64,000 nucleotides of DNA from Candidatus Woesearchaeota archaeon. Lineage in GTDB: Archaea > Nanobdellota > Nanobdellia > Woesearchaeales > JACPBO01. Numbering within the stretch: position 1 is the stretch's first letter; each line of letters begins with the position of its first letter. The notes beneath the pieces were generated by a model that saw only the letters and a list, made by a program, of their open reading frames with translations, was not told where the DNA came from and did no database searches. Location of the stretch: assembly GCA_030651135.1 (NCBI GenBank), contig JAUSCS010000009.1, positions 22,844 to 86,843 on the forward strand, written 5' to 3'. Below are positions 37,055 through 46,669 of the stretch, one piece after another. The position numbers and the translations under genes are program-made.

Positions 37055-38503
37055 CTACAATGTTTTTTTATGGTGATATTTGTCAGCAATTAATCTAACA
37101 ATCTCCTTGCTTTGTCCTATATATTTTAGCGGGTCTGTTATCTCTCTCAAAGTTGTTTCATTTAATCTGCCTGTAACTTGCTCATTCGTCAGTAAAACAT
37201 CAATAAATGCCGTTCTAGAATTCCAGGCGCAAGTTGCTAATTCCCCCATCAAATCATGAGCCTGGTTCCTTGTTAATGGGTCCTTTACTTTTCTGTGATC
37301 TGTCAAATAAGTCATTACTAATTGGGCTGTAACAATTCCATAGCTTCTTAAAACTCTTTCTTTTGCTCTCTCTTCCCTTAACTCGATCCAATAGGCAATG
37401 TTAGCCAATCTTCTTATTGCATGATCTGTAAATTTAAACCCATCTTCGAGATTTATTCTTGAGTTTGCCGATGCAGCTAAATTTCTTGCATAAGGCATCT
37501 CACAATTCATTAAAGCGGTGACGAGATTGCCTGCCAGGTAGTTTCTTGCTGACATAAACTGCTCTTCTTCTGTCGGGTTGCCGTTTTTAGCATCTTTATG
37601 AGGCATTGCAGAAGAACCTTTTTTCTTCTGCGGAGCAGCATTGATGAAAATATTGACATCATCGCTTCTTCCCCACGCAATATATTTTGCAATGTTGTTC
37701 ATTGTTTCCCCCAATCTCGACATAACATATGCAATGTCTGCTTCGAACTCTAGCCCCGGCAATTGTGTTGCAGCGTCCATAAAGCCAATTCCTAGTTTTT
37801 TGCAATATTCTTCCTGTAATTTTATCCCATCAATGCCTAAAGCCAAAGCAGAGTGATGATTACCTGTAGCGTCTCCCCATTTTCCAATAACCGAATGTTC
37901 ATAAACAAATCTTAGAACGTCTAGTCCGGACTGAAGCATTTCTGCGTAATGTGCAAAAGGCCTGCCAGCGACTGTTGGAAGAGCATCGTAACCATGTGTT
38001 TCATCCATATGTGGCTTATCAATCCATAATGAAGATTTATCTATTAAAATATCTCTTAAGTTTTCTACGGAATCCGCGATTACACACAAAGACAGTTTTA
38101 GCTGTATTGCTCTTGCTGGCTGTGTCGTGTCTGCGCTTGTTTTTGCTTTATTTATGTGGGATCCTGCTTCAGGGCTTACTTTTTCTTCCAATGACGTGTT
38201 AATTGCAATAACATCATGGCTTCCTTTCTCTTCTAATTCCCTTATCCTATCAGGGTCTATGTGCCTTAATGACGCTTTTTCTGCGATCTCTTCTGCCAAA
38301 TCCACAGAAACAATATCGGGGTATAATTTTGCCAATGTCCTTGCTGCTTCGCCTTGAACATATAAGCTATATTCAAAGGTCTTTTCATCCCCCCAGATGT
38401 CAACCATCTCAAAAGTCCCGTATCTTCCTGCTGCCAATTTAGTTGTATCTACCTTGTAATCTTTTGGAAATCTTGGTTTTGGCTGAGTTCTTTCTTCTTT
38501 CAA
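37055..38503 (-). CDS. purB: Adenylosuccinate lyase
   Basis: Fumarate-lyase signature GSSAMPHKDAKNGNP (GSSxMPxKxN). The pur context favours PurB over ArgH/FumC. Confidence 0.75.
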   Translation of the reverse strand: MKEERTQPKPRFPKDYKVDTTKLAAGRYGTFEMVDIWGDEKTFEYSLYVQGEAARTLAKLYPDIVSVDLAEEIAEKASLRHIDPDRIRELEEKGSHDVIAINTSLEEKVSPEAGSHINKAKTSADTTQPARAIQLKLSLCVIADSVENLRDILIDKSSLWIDKPHMDETHGYDALPTVAGRPFAHYAEMLQSGLDVLRFVYEHSVIGKWGDATGNHHSALALGIDGIKLQEEYCKKLGIGFMDAATQLPGLEFEADIAYVMSRLGETMNNIAKYIAWGRSDDVNIFINAAPQKKKGSSAMPHKDAKNGNPTEEEQFMSARNYLAGNLVTALMNCEMPYARNLAASANSRINLEDGFKFTDHAIRRLANIAYWIELREERAKERVLRSYGIVTAQLVMTYLTDHRKVKDPLTRNQAHDLMGELATCAWNSRTAFIDVLLTNEQVTGRLNETTLREITDPLKYIGQSKEIVRLIADKYHHKKTL

Positions 38504-38509
38504 CTTGGT

Positions 38510-39571
38510 TCACCTCAAACATCCTTCTTCTGCTAATGCTTCCAATATGATCTTTTTCCTCGGCGCTGTTGTTATTTCAGGCAATGTTCCTGTTATTGCT
38601 TCCCGTATATTGCAATATTTTACTATCCCCTCTACCATGACATCATCAGGCATCCAATATTCTGCAAGCTTTTTTTCATCCTTGTGCAAACCAAGGCTTT
38701 CTACATGATCTCTGAAATGCTGCTTGTCAGCCTGCACGATTATAAATTCATTTTTTTCAGGGTTAAACTTATATTTCTCTTTGTTCCAGAATCTTGAGGA
38801 ATCCGGCGTTACATGCTCGTCTATTAGTCCAATAACATCGCTAGGCAGATAGCCGAACTCCCATTTTGTGTCTGCTGGCAAATCTCCTTTGGATTCCAGA
38901 TAAGAATTTATAAAATTGTATAGCTCAAATCCAATATCCATTATGTGGGTAAGGTCTTCCGGCTTTCTTAAGCCAAATGCCTCATAATTTCTTTTTATGA
39001 TCTCTGCTGTAAGTTTAGGGTCATTTGCTTCTGGATTCAATCCCCTGAACTCAGGGATTGAAAAATCTTTAGCCTGGCCTTTTGCTGTTGGCGTAAATAT
39101 TACCTCATCTAATTTCTCATTTTTTCTATAGCCTGGCCTTAATTTTACACCGCAGAATTCCATTCCTTTTTCAGGTCCATTTACTTTTTCATAATCCTTC
39201 CATGCAGAGCCTGTCAGATATTTTCTGAAAACCATCTCAACCAATATTGGATTTGCTTTCAGCACACGCCATGTGTTGGGCGCAATGTTCCTGATAAAAT
39301 GATTTGGAACAATATGCTTTGTTTTTTCAAAAAAATATGAGGAGATTGCATCAAGGTTTTCCCCCTTTGCGTATACTCGTCTTTTGTGCACAACATCATG
39401 GGTTGAAAGATTGTCGCTTGATATCATGATCAATTCATTATCTGTGACATCATAAACAGTTCTTACCTTGCCCATTTTGGGCGGAGTTCTGACATCAATT
39501 TCAGGGTAGACTTCTCTCTTCAAAGTGTTGTTCATGATCTCCGGTGTTATTAGTTTTTTATCAATTGCCAT
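38510..39571 (-). CDS. purC: SAICAR synthetase (eukaryote-like long form)
   Basis: Position within the pur operon and 353-aa length. The sequence is alignable by eye to the Ade1-type enzyme. Moderate confidence. Confidence 0.6.
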   Translation of the reverse strand: MAIDKKLITPEIMNNTLKREVYPEIDVRTPPKMGKVRTVYDVTDNELIMISSDNLSTHDVVHKRRVYAKGENLDAISSYFFEKTKHIVPNHFIRNIAPNTWRVLKANPILVEMVFRKYLTGSAWKDYEKVNGPEKGMEFCGVKLRPGYRKNEKLDEVIFTPTAKGQAKDFSIPEFRGLNPEANDPKLTAEIIKRNYEAFGLRKPEDLTHIMDIGFELYNFINSYLESKGDLPADTKWEFGYLPSDVIGLIDEHVTPDSSRFWNKEKYKFNPEKNEFIIVQADKQHFRDHVESLGLHKDEKKLAEYWMPDDVMVEGIVKYCNIREAITGTLPEITTAPRKKIILEALAEEGCLR

Positions 39572-39586
39572 TTTTCACCTCCTTGT

Positions 39587-40876
39587 TCAATGTCTAAAAT
39601 GCCTCATTCCTGTAAAGATCATGGCTATGCCATATTCGTTTGCGGCTTTGATAACATCATCATCGTATTTAGATCCGCCTGGCTGTATTATGTGCTTAAT
39701 GCCGGTTTTGGCTGCATCATCTATGCCGTCTCTGAAAGGAAACATGGCATCTGATGCCAAGGCACAATTTCCCATTTGCAATTCAATGTATTCTTTTTTT
39801 CTTTTGCCGTACATATGATCTTCTTCAGGCTGCAAGTTGGCTTTAAATCTTTCATCAAATTCTCTTGCCAGATTTTCCCTTGCCTTTTCAGCAGAAATTC
39901 TGACAGAAACAGCCCTGTTTGGCTGGCCAGCCCCCATTCCCAGTATTTGATAATGCCCTGGCTTATACTCTCTCGCAATAACTATGGCATTTGATTTTGT
40001 ATGCTTTGCTGCTTTCCATGCATGGTCATAATTCCCCATCAAGCTCGTGCTTGGCTTTGCATCTGTTACAATGCCGATTGTTTTTACATCTTCTCCTTCA
40101 ATTATTTGATAAGCGCCTTCAAACAAATCCTCGATTGTTTCTAAATACAGCCTGTCATCAGGAGTTTGCATTAATAATCCGCCTATTACGCATTTTATCT
40201 CCAATCCTGCATAGCCTCTGATCAAATCACCAACAGCCAGCAATCTTATGTCTTTTTTCCATGCTTTTAAAGCTTCAAGGGCATCTGGCTCATATTCAGG
40301 GGCAATTATAACTTCAACAAAGGATTTCTGAGCTTTATTAGTATCTATAATCTTCTGCGCTGTTTCTAAATCAAGCCTTCTGTTAAAGGCATCTACAGAG
40401 CCAAATGCAGAAACTGGATCGCCAAACCATGCTGCTTCAAAGGCCTCTGCTAATGTTTCCCCAGTAGCATAGCCGCACGGATTTGTATGTTTTATTACAG
40501 AGACGCCTGGCTTTTTTAGTTCCAAAACCGATTCTAAAGCTGCATTAGCATCAATTATGTTATTGTAAGAGAGAGGCTTTCCATGAAGCGGATCAACATG
40601 CAAAATGGAAGACCCATTAAAGTTTTTATCTTCGTAAGCCGATGCCTTTTGATGCGGATTCTCGCCATATCTGCAGGAGATTTTTCTATCAAAAATAATC
40701 GAAGAGCTTTTTATTATTTCTTTGATCTTGCCTATTAAATCTCCTTTGGTTGTAGGCAAATGGCGGTCTAATGGCAAATCACCATAGATCTTAGCAAGAT
40801 CTCCGAGCAGCGCATCCATATTCACAAATGAAACTTGTTTTGGAAAGTCATGATTTTCTTTTTCTGATTCTGGCAT
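39587..40876 (-). CDS. purH: AICAR transformylase (PurH C-terminal domain only)
   Basis: The C-terminal ...GIKHIIQPGGSKYDDDVIKAANEYGIAMIFTGMRHFRH is typical of PurH. At 429 aa it lacks the N-terminal IMP cyclohydrolase domain. Confidence 0.75.
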   Translation of the reverse strand: MPESEKENHDFPKQVSFVNMDALLGDLAKIYGDLPLDRHLPTTKGDLIGKIKEIIKSSSIIFDRKISCRYGENPHQKASAYEDKNFNGSSILHVDPLHGKPLSYNNIIDANAALESVLELKKPGVSVIKHTNPCGYATGETLAEAFEAAWFGDPVSAFGSVDAFNRRLDLETAQKIIDTNKAQKSFVEVIIAPEYEPDALEALKAWKKDIRLLAVGDLIRGYAGLEIKCVIGGLLMQTPDDRLYLETIEDLFEGAYQIIEGEDVKTIGIVTDAKPSTSLMGNYDHAWKAAKHTKSNAIVIAREYKPGHYQILGMGAGQPNRAVSVRISAEKARENLAREFDERFKANLQPEEDHMYGKRKKEYIELQMGNCALASDAMFPFRDGIDDAAKTGIKHIIQPGGSKYDDDVIKAANEYGIAMIFTGMRHFRH

Positions 40877-40877
40877 T

Positions 40878-41717
40878 TTATTTTCCTCCCAAATCGCATC
40901 TATTTATTATTGATATTTTATTTTCTGATGTTTTTCTGTTTGAATAAACAACTGCAACTCCAACACGGAAATCCTTTGCAGGATCCTCCATTCCCCTGAT
41001 TTCAAGAGGCGCCAATGCATCATAAACTTCTTTTGCAGTTTCGTCAATTGTTTTGCCCTCTAAACCAACATCAAGAGGCCCCCCCGCAAATGAAGGCAGT
41101 GGATCAATGTTTTTTCCACTATAAGTTGCAATTAATTTTCCTTTGCCTCCTTCTAAAGCAATATCATAACAATCATCATGCCTAGAACCCATTTGGTCTC
41201 TTCTCATTATGTAAAACGCGGCGCTGTCTGGCTGCAGGCAGCCGCTTATCCTTGGCGTGAAATTCGGATCATCAGGTTCATGCTTCGTTATATCAATCCA
41301 GCCATTTTTAGAATCATATTGAGGAGATGCTATTTCAAAAGCCTCGTTTAATATTTTTGCAGCATTTGTTTTAAGAGGATTAGCTTTGGCTGCCCTATAG
41401 ATTAATGCTGTTTGTGCCCCATTGCTGACAATTAGCGCATTGTTTATTAATGCTATTGCAGGATAAATCAGCAAAGCAGGATTTCCTTTTTCCAGCTGCT
41501 TTTTGTCTGTGACATCTGTTCGAATTACCCCGCTTCCAACCTCTGCATCCTTATCTTCTACGAGCTTTCTTGCTTGGCTTGGCGGGCTTCTTCCTGTAAT
41601 GCCGTAAACAAGTATGTTGTTTTCTTTACCAAGATCTTGGCCGATTATGATAAATCTTCCAGGATATTCCATATTTGCTAATGCTTCTAATCCTTCAATC
41701 ATTTTTATTACCTCCAA
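40878..41717 (-). CDS. purO: Archaeal IMP cyclohydrolase PurO-like
   Basis: YPGRFIIIGQ...VYGITGRSPPSQARKL resembles PurO. It compensates for the missing IMPCH domain of purH. Confidence 0.55.
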   Translation of the reverse strand: MEVIKMIEGLEALANMEYPGRFIIIGQDLGKENNILVYGITGRSPPSQARKLVEDKDAEVGSGVIRTDVTDKKQLEKGNPALLIYPAIALINNALIVSNGAQTALIYRAAKANPLKTNAAKILNEAFEIASPQYDSKNGWIDITKHEPDDPNFTPRISGCLQPDSAAFYIMRRDQMGSRHDDCYDIALEGGKGKLIATYSGKNIDPLPSFAGGPLDVGLEGKTIDETAKEVYDALAPLEIRGMEDPAKDFRVGVAVVYSNRKTSENKISIINRCDLGGK

Positions 41718-41749
41718 TTAAAATCTTTCACACTTCTCGTTTTTATTCA

Positions 41750-42646
41750 CTATAAAGTTTTCACTTCTCCATTGACAACAAGCACGCCATTATGGTCATT
41801 TAACGTTTTTGATTTCTTTTGTTTTGCTTCTTCTATTATACCAAAGGCTGCATAGCTTTGCGTCAATTGCGCAGCAATCTGCACTGCATTTTTATAAGAA
41901 CCGATGCTCACAACACCCGTTGCTACTGTCTCATGCAGGTCTCTCATATATTCAAAAAAGTCATAAATAGGCGGTTCTCTGATGCATATTTGAACACCAT
42001 TTCTTAGCTGCCTATCGATGCGATTAATGTAATTCCCTCTGCTGTTAAAGATGGTTACAACAACATCGTTCCTCTTAATTTCTTCAATATCTTTGATTTG
42101 GTATTTTAGATTCAGATCATTAAAAGCTTTTTCTAATTCATCCATGGATTCTTTGCCGATATGCTCGTTATTCAGAACAGCAATTGTTTCATTAAACCTG
42201 CTCTGCAGGAATCTGTATCCTATGTTTAATGCAGCATAGCTGTTGTCCAAGCCTACTGTCAATACGGGATTTAAAGGCGGCTTTTCTGCTGTTGAAAGGA
42301 ATGAGCTTAATCCATGAGTAACGCTGTCTGTTATTGGTATGCCTATTACAATATCTGAGATTGTTGCGTAGGTCTTTACAACTCCGGTGAGAACATTGCT
42401 CATGCCAGCTCCGCATATGTAAACTTTCATTTCAGTTCGGGCTTTAAGTTCAGCCATTATTTTAGCAACCTTTTCAGGCGTGTTGTCTGCGGAAGCATAG
42501 AAAACTGCAACCTCCAAGCTAGGCAGTTCTTTTCCCGCCCTCACAATTCCCGGCAGCACCTTTTCTTCGTCGCTTGTTGAGCCGAATATGGCTGTTAATC
42601 TTGTCGTTTTAACCTCTTTTGTTTTACATATACCCTTCAAACACAA
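41750..42646 (-). CDS. purE: PurE-like (AIR carboxylase/mutase) with a roughly 140-aa C-terminal extension
   Basis: LTAIFGSTSDEEKVLPGIVRAGKELPSLEVAVFYASADNTPEKV resembles the PurE GSxSD...SAHRTP region. Confidence 0.5.
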   Translation of the reverse strand: MCLKGICKTKEVKTTRLTAIFGSTSDEEKVLPGIVRAGKELPSLEVAVFYASADNTPEKVAKIMAELKARTEMKVYICGAGMSNVLTGVVKTYATISDIVIGIPITDSVTHGLSSFLSTAEKPPLNPVLTVGLDNSYAALNIGYRFLQSRFNETIAVLNNEHIGKESMDELEKAFNDLNLKYQIKDIEEIKRNDVVVTIFNSRGNYINRIDRQLRNGVQICIREPPIYDFFEYMRDLHETVATGVVSIGSYKNAVQIAAQLTQSYAAFGIIEEAKQKKSKTLNDHNGVLVVNGEVKTL

Positions 42647-43913
42647 CAGGCTTTTTTCCAGGCAGGATGAGTTTTGTTTTTAAATCGCCAGACCCGGAAG
42701 CTACATGGCCTATTATTTTGCCTTTGATTCCTTCCTGCTTAGCCAATTCAATTGCTTTATTTGCATCATTTTTATTTACAATGCATGCAAACCCCATTCC
42801 CATATTCAGTTTTCGGTATATTTTTTCTGCATCATATCTTTCTGTGATCTTGCCTTTTTTGAATTGCCCTTCCACTTCCTCTTCAAATAATTCGAATATG
42901 GGCTGCGGCGTGATTGGATCATCTATAACATACTCCACATTTTTGCCGGCTCTGTTAAAATTAGCCAGTCCGTTTCCTGTTATATTGACGCCAATGACAT
43001 AGGGAAATTCTTTTGCGATCCTTGCCATTGCCCTCGAATAGATTATAGTCGGCTCCAGCAGAACTTCTAAAAATGTTTTTGAGCCATAGCCAGGAACTTT
43101 TTCATCAAGATGGAACCATCCCGTGTATTCTTTCCTGTATTTTTCCCTTTTTTCAAAATGCCCATTAAGCAATCTTAATCTTGCTGCAGTATAGCCATTT
43201 GAATGAAGTCCGGATGACTCAAACCCAACAATAATTTGCTTTGGCTTTATATAAAACTCAAATCCATTTTCCGTGAATACGCCTTTCTCAAGAACATCCC
43301 TTTTGCTGATAAAGCCGAAGCCCGAAAACACCAGCTCGAAACCATGCATTTCATCAACTGTTGTTATTGTTTCCTCTAAAGATGCTGTTTCACATTTTCC
43401 GAGATTTATTTTAGGCACTTTGAGAATGTTGGAAACATCTGCTAATTTCATTGCTTTTATGAGCCCGAGCTCAACATCGCCTGCAATCTCTTTCTCTTCA
43501 TAAGCAGCCTGGCATGCTGTAAATTTAGTGAGCTGATCAAAAAATGCGCTTCCCCACGGAGCAGCATCATTTACATTCATTGCAATGCCGTCAATTGCAA
43601 TTGTGTCAAATTTTCCGGCAATTGACGCTATTCTTTGTTTTTGCAGAAGATCTGATAATTCAGGATATTGCACAGAGGCATGAGCCAGCATTAATTTGCT
43701 GCCTACGCTGTCGCAGGTTGAGAAAGAATAATATTCAGGATGGATTGTTTCGTATAAATCAGAAAAAAACCCGCCGACTATGCGCCTTGAGAACAGATCG
43801 GCTTTTGAATTTGCTATTGCTTTCTTTGCAGCTTCAACTGACTTGGCTTCGCGATTTTCGTAATCTTCTCCCAGTTTTTGTGTCATTTTATTTTTTCCCC
43901 TCACTCCATGCAC
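42624..43913 (-). CDS. purM: AIR synthetase-related protein (PurM-like, long form)
   Basis: GGFFSDLYE...FSTCDSVGSKLMLA is collinear with PurM fGGF...DGVGTKLklA, but the DGVGTK motif is divergent and the protein is about 85 aa longer. Confidence 0.45.
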   Translation of the reverse strand: MHGVRGKNKMTQKLGEDYENREAKSVEAAKKAIANSKADLFSRRIVGGFFSDLYETIHPEYYSFSTCDSVGSKLMLAHASVQYPELSDLLQKQRIASIAGKFDTIAIDGIAMNVNDAAPWGSAFFDQLTKFTACQAAYEEKEIAGDVELGLIKAMKLADVSNILKVPKINLGKCETASLEETITTVDEMHGFELVFSGFGFISKRDVLEKGVFTENGFEFYIKPKQIIVGFESSGLHSNGYTAARLRLLNGHFEKREKYRKEYTGWFHLDEKVPGYGSKTFLEVLLEPTIIYSRAMARIAKEFPYVIGVNITGNGLANFNRAGKNVEYVIDDPITPQPIFELFEEEVEGQFKKGKITERYDAEKIYRKLNMGMGFACIVNKNDANKAIELAKQEGIKGKIIGHVASGSGDLKTKLILPGKKPVVFEGYM

Positions 43914-45832
43914 GTTGTTGCCGGCGGCTTGTCTGTAACATCAATTACATATGCGCCGACATTGTATTTTTTTATCAAAGTATCGTGAATTTCATCAAGG
44001 CATTCCCATGACATTCTGATCATATTTTTTTTTCGGTATTCTGCTAAATTCTCTCTTTTGACATCTAGAGGTTCTATAGGGGAAACTGTCATAAAATCAT
44101 CAGTTAAAACATTCCTTGATGCAACACTTCTCTTTCCAGCATTATAGATGTCAGCTCCAAACAATACAAATATTGTCTGGCTTATATTCCTGCTAAACCC
44201 ATAATCATCTATTATTCCTCTTCCTTCGTAGTCAACATCTTTCAATAAATCAATTGTTTCTCTGCTTACAGTTGTAGGTATTAAGGAAGAAATATTTACA
44301 GGATCAGCTCTAGGTTTAACTTCATACACAATTCTATTAATGTCATGAATCTCTTCTGGAATTCTTTTAGCTGCTTTTCTTATCTTTTGCCAGTTTCTTT
44401 CTCCTCTCAACAAAGCCAAATAAGAGTAAGTTCTTCCATCTCCCTGCACTCCTACTGTTTTTATCGGCAATACATACCCTTCTAGTCCTTCTTCTCTTGC
44501 TATCTGGCTTACTCTATCATTTATTTTGTAAAGTGCATCGTTTACCCATTCAGGATTTCCATTTACTATTCTTATTCCGAGACCTGGCCCTGGAAATGGC
44601 TGCCTTTCAGAAATAGTGGGGGGAAGCCCAATTTCTCTTGCTGCTTCCCTGACTTCATCCTTGAATATCAATCTGTTTGGCTCTACAATCCTTCCACTTT
44701 TTTCCATTTCTTCTATGAATTTGCATCCTACGTTGTGGTGTGATTTTATTGTTGCCGCTTTCCTGCCTACTCCTTTTCCGCTTTCTATCCTATCAGTATA
44801 CAGCGTCCCTTGAGCAAGGAATGTTTTTTCAGGATCAAGCTTTAACTCAGAGCATTTTTCCTGCATTATTTTTCCAAATAAATTGCCAATTGTTTTTCTT
44901 TTTTGTTCAGGGTCGCTCATCCCCTCTATTGCATTGATAAATCTGTCCTCAGCTTTCACAACTATCAGCGCTACACCTGTTTTTCTTAAGCTGGCTTCAA
45001 CCTCCTCTGTCTCGTTTTTTCTCATCAACCCTTCGATATAAACATTGTAAATTTTTCCTATGCCTTCTGTCTTTGCAAGAACTGTTGCGACAAAGCTTGA
45101 ATCAACTCCTCCGCTTACAAAACATATAACGTCGTTTTTTCCAACAGTCTCTTTTATGTATCTTTTGCACTCTTCTATGTAATTTCCCATTGTCCAGCCG
45201 CTGCCGCAGCCGCAAATATCATGCACAAAATTAGAAATAATGTCTTTTCCCTTTGGCGTGTGGGTCACTTCAGGATGGAATTGAACGCCGTAAATTTTCT
45301 TTTTGTCATTCGCTATTGCCGCAACATGGTCTTTTGTTTCTGCAATCACCCTGAATCCGCTTGCCAGCCTTCTTCCATCAACACTGTCGCCATGGCTCAT
45401 CCAGCCAATAATTTTTTCATCTAAACGTGAAAACAACGGGTGAGCATTGTCGATTTTAATTTCTTTTTCGCCATACTCTTTTACAATATGTTCTCCATGA
45501 AGAATTCCGTCTCCAAAAAAGAAATTTAGAAAATATTTGTTCCACCAATCCTTATTTACAAGTGTATGATTCATCTGCTGCATTCCATAGCAGATGCCCA
45601 GCATCGGGATTCCCTGTTCAAATAATTTCTTGTCAGCAAGAGGAGCTCCTTTTTCATATACGCTTCTAGGCCCTCCTGAAAGGATTATCCCCTTTGGTTT
45701 TTCTTCCAGGATGCTGTTAAGGCTGCAATCATGGGGCTTTATTTCCGAAAAAACATTGCACTGCCTTACTGTCCTGGCTATCAGCTGCGTGTATTGGCCT
45801 CCGAAATCAAGCACAATTATTTTTTCTTTCAT
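43901..45832 (-). CDS. guaA: GMP synthase (glutamine-hydrolysing), fused long form
   Basis: N-terminal GATase (IIVLDFGGQYTQLIAR, GICYGMQ) and PP-loop FVSGGVDSSF. 643 aa. Confidence 0.8.
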   Translation of the reverse strand: MKEKIIVLDFGGQYTQLIARTVRQCNVFSEIKPHDCSLNSILEEKPKGIILSGGPRSVYEKGAPLADKKLFEQGIPMLGICYGMQQMNHTLVNKDWWNKYFLNFFFGDGILHGEHIVKEYGEKEIKIDNAHPLFSRLDEKIIGWMSHGDSVDGRRLASGFRVIAETKDHVAAIANDKKKIYGVQFHPEVTHTPKGKDIISNFVHDICGCGSGWTMGNYIEECKRYIKETVGKNDVICFVSGGVDSSFVATVLAKTEGIGKIYNVYIEGLMRKNETEEVEASLRKTGVALIVVKAEDRFINAIEGMSDPEQKRKTIGNLFGKIMQEKCSELKLDPEKTFLAQGTLYTDRIESGKGVGRKAATIKSHHNVGCKFIEEMEKSGRIVEPNRLIFKDEVREAAREIGLPPTISERQPFPGPGLGIRIVNGNPEWVNDALYKINDRVSQIAREEGLEGYVLPIKTVGVQGDGRTYSYLALLRGERNWQKIRKAAKRIPEEIHDINRIVYEVKPRADPVNISSLIPTTVSRETIDLLKDVDYEGRGIIDDYGFSRNISQTIFVLFGADIYNAGKRSVASRNVLTDDFMTVSPIEPLDVKRENLAEYRKKNMIRMSWECLDEIHDTLIKKYNVGAYVIDVTDKPPATTCME

Positions 45833-45844
45833 CTTAAATCATTC

Positions 45845-46663
45845 TCATTTAACATACTCGTAAGCATTTCTGAACAAAATTAAGCCCGAAGGCTCTTTTC
45901 TGGCTCCATCTCTTGTCCACAAAGGATCTGACAATGGGTTAGTTGTTTCTGGATGAGGCATCATCCCAAGCACATTGCCTTTATAATTGCATATGCCTGC
46001 AATATGGTCAACAGAACCTGTTGGATCTGCCCTTAGATTGCTTTGTCTTTTTCCCAACATTTTTCTTTCAGGTGTAACATATGTAAATACAACCTGATCA
46101 TTATTCCGAAGTTTTTTCAAAACAGCAATATCATTGCGATAGTATCCCTTTGTGACTAACTTTCCTTCCCCATTATCCATGTGCATAAGCAGCACATCAT
46201 CAATTCCTCTTGTCCATATGCATTTTCCTCTGTTGACATTATCAAGACTTACAGGATAATCCATAAATCTTCCGGCATCTGTATCATAAAGTGCTAAATT
46301 AACTTCCCCAAATGGTTTTTTTGCTGTTGAAATAAGCCCAGCCACTGTCAAATCCTGAAAACCATTGCACACACCCAAAAAAAGCCTGCCTTCATCTACA
46401 AACCGCTCCATTTCAGATTTCACATTGGGATGCAGGAAATATTTTCCAGCCAGTGAGCCTGCAAAATTATAATCCCCAAAGCCAAATCCTCCAATATCAA
46501 ATATCAAAGAATATTCAAGAACACTTTTCTTTTTTGAGAGCAGGTCATTCATGAAGACATGCTCTACTTCAAAGCCCACATGCTTCAAGGACCATTCACT
46601 TTCCCTATACCTGTTTTTACCAGGCAACCACAATATTGCAGCTTTTGGTTTTTTTGTCGGCAT
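45845..46663 (-). CDS. purQ: FGAM synthase glutamine amidotransferase subunit
   Basis: LGVCNGFQ catalytic motif and the GMMPHPE His region. Confidence 0.7.
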   Translation of the reverse strand: MPTKKPKAAILWLPGKNRYRESEWSLKHVGFEVEHVFMNDLLSKKKSVLEYSLIFDIGGFGFGDYNFAGSLAGKYFLHPNVKSEMERFVDEGRLFLGVCNGFQDLTVAGLISTAKKPFGEVNLALYDTDAGRFMDYPVSLDNVNRGKCIWTRGIDDVLLMHMDNGEGKLVTKGYYRNDIAVLKKLRNNDQVVFTYVTPERKMLGKRQSNLRADPTGSVDHIAGICNYKGNVLGMMPHPETTNPLSDPLWTRDGARKEPSGLILFRNAYEYVK

Positions 46664-46669
46664 TTTTAT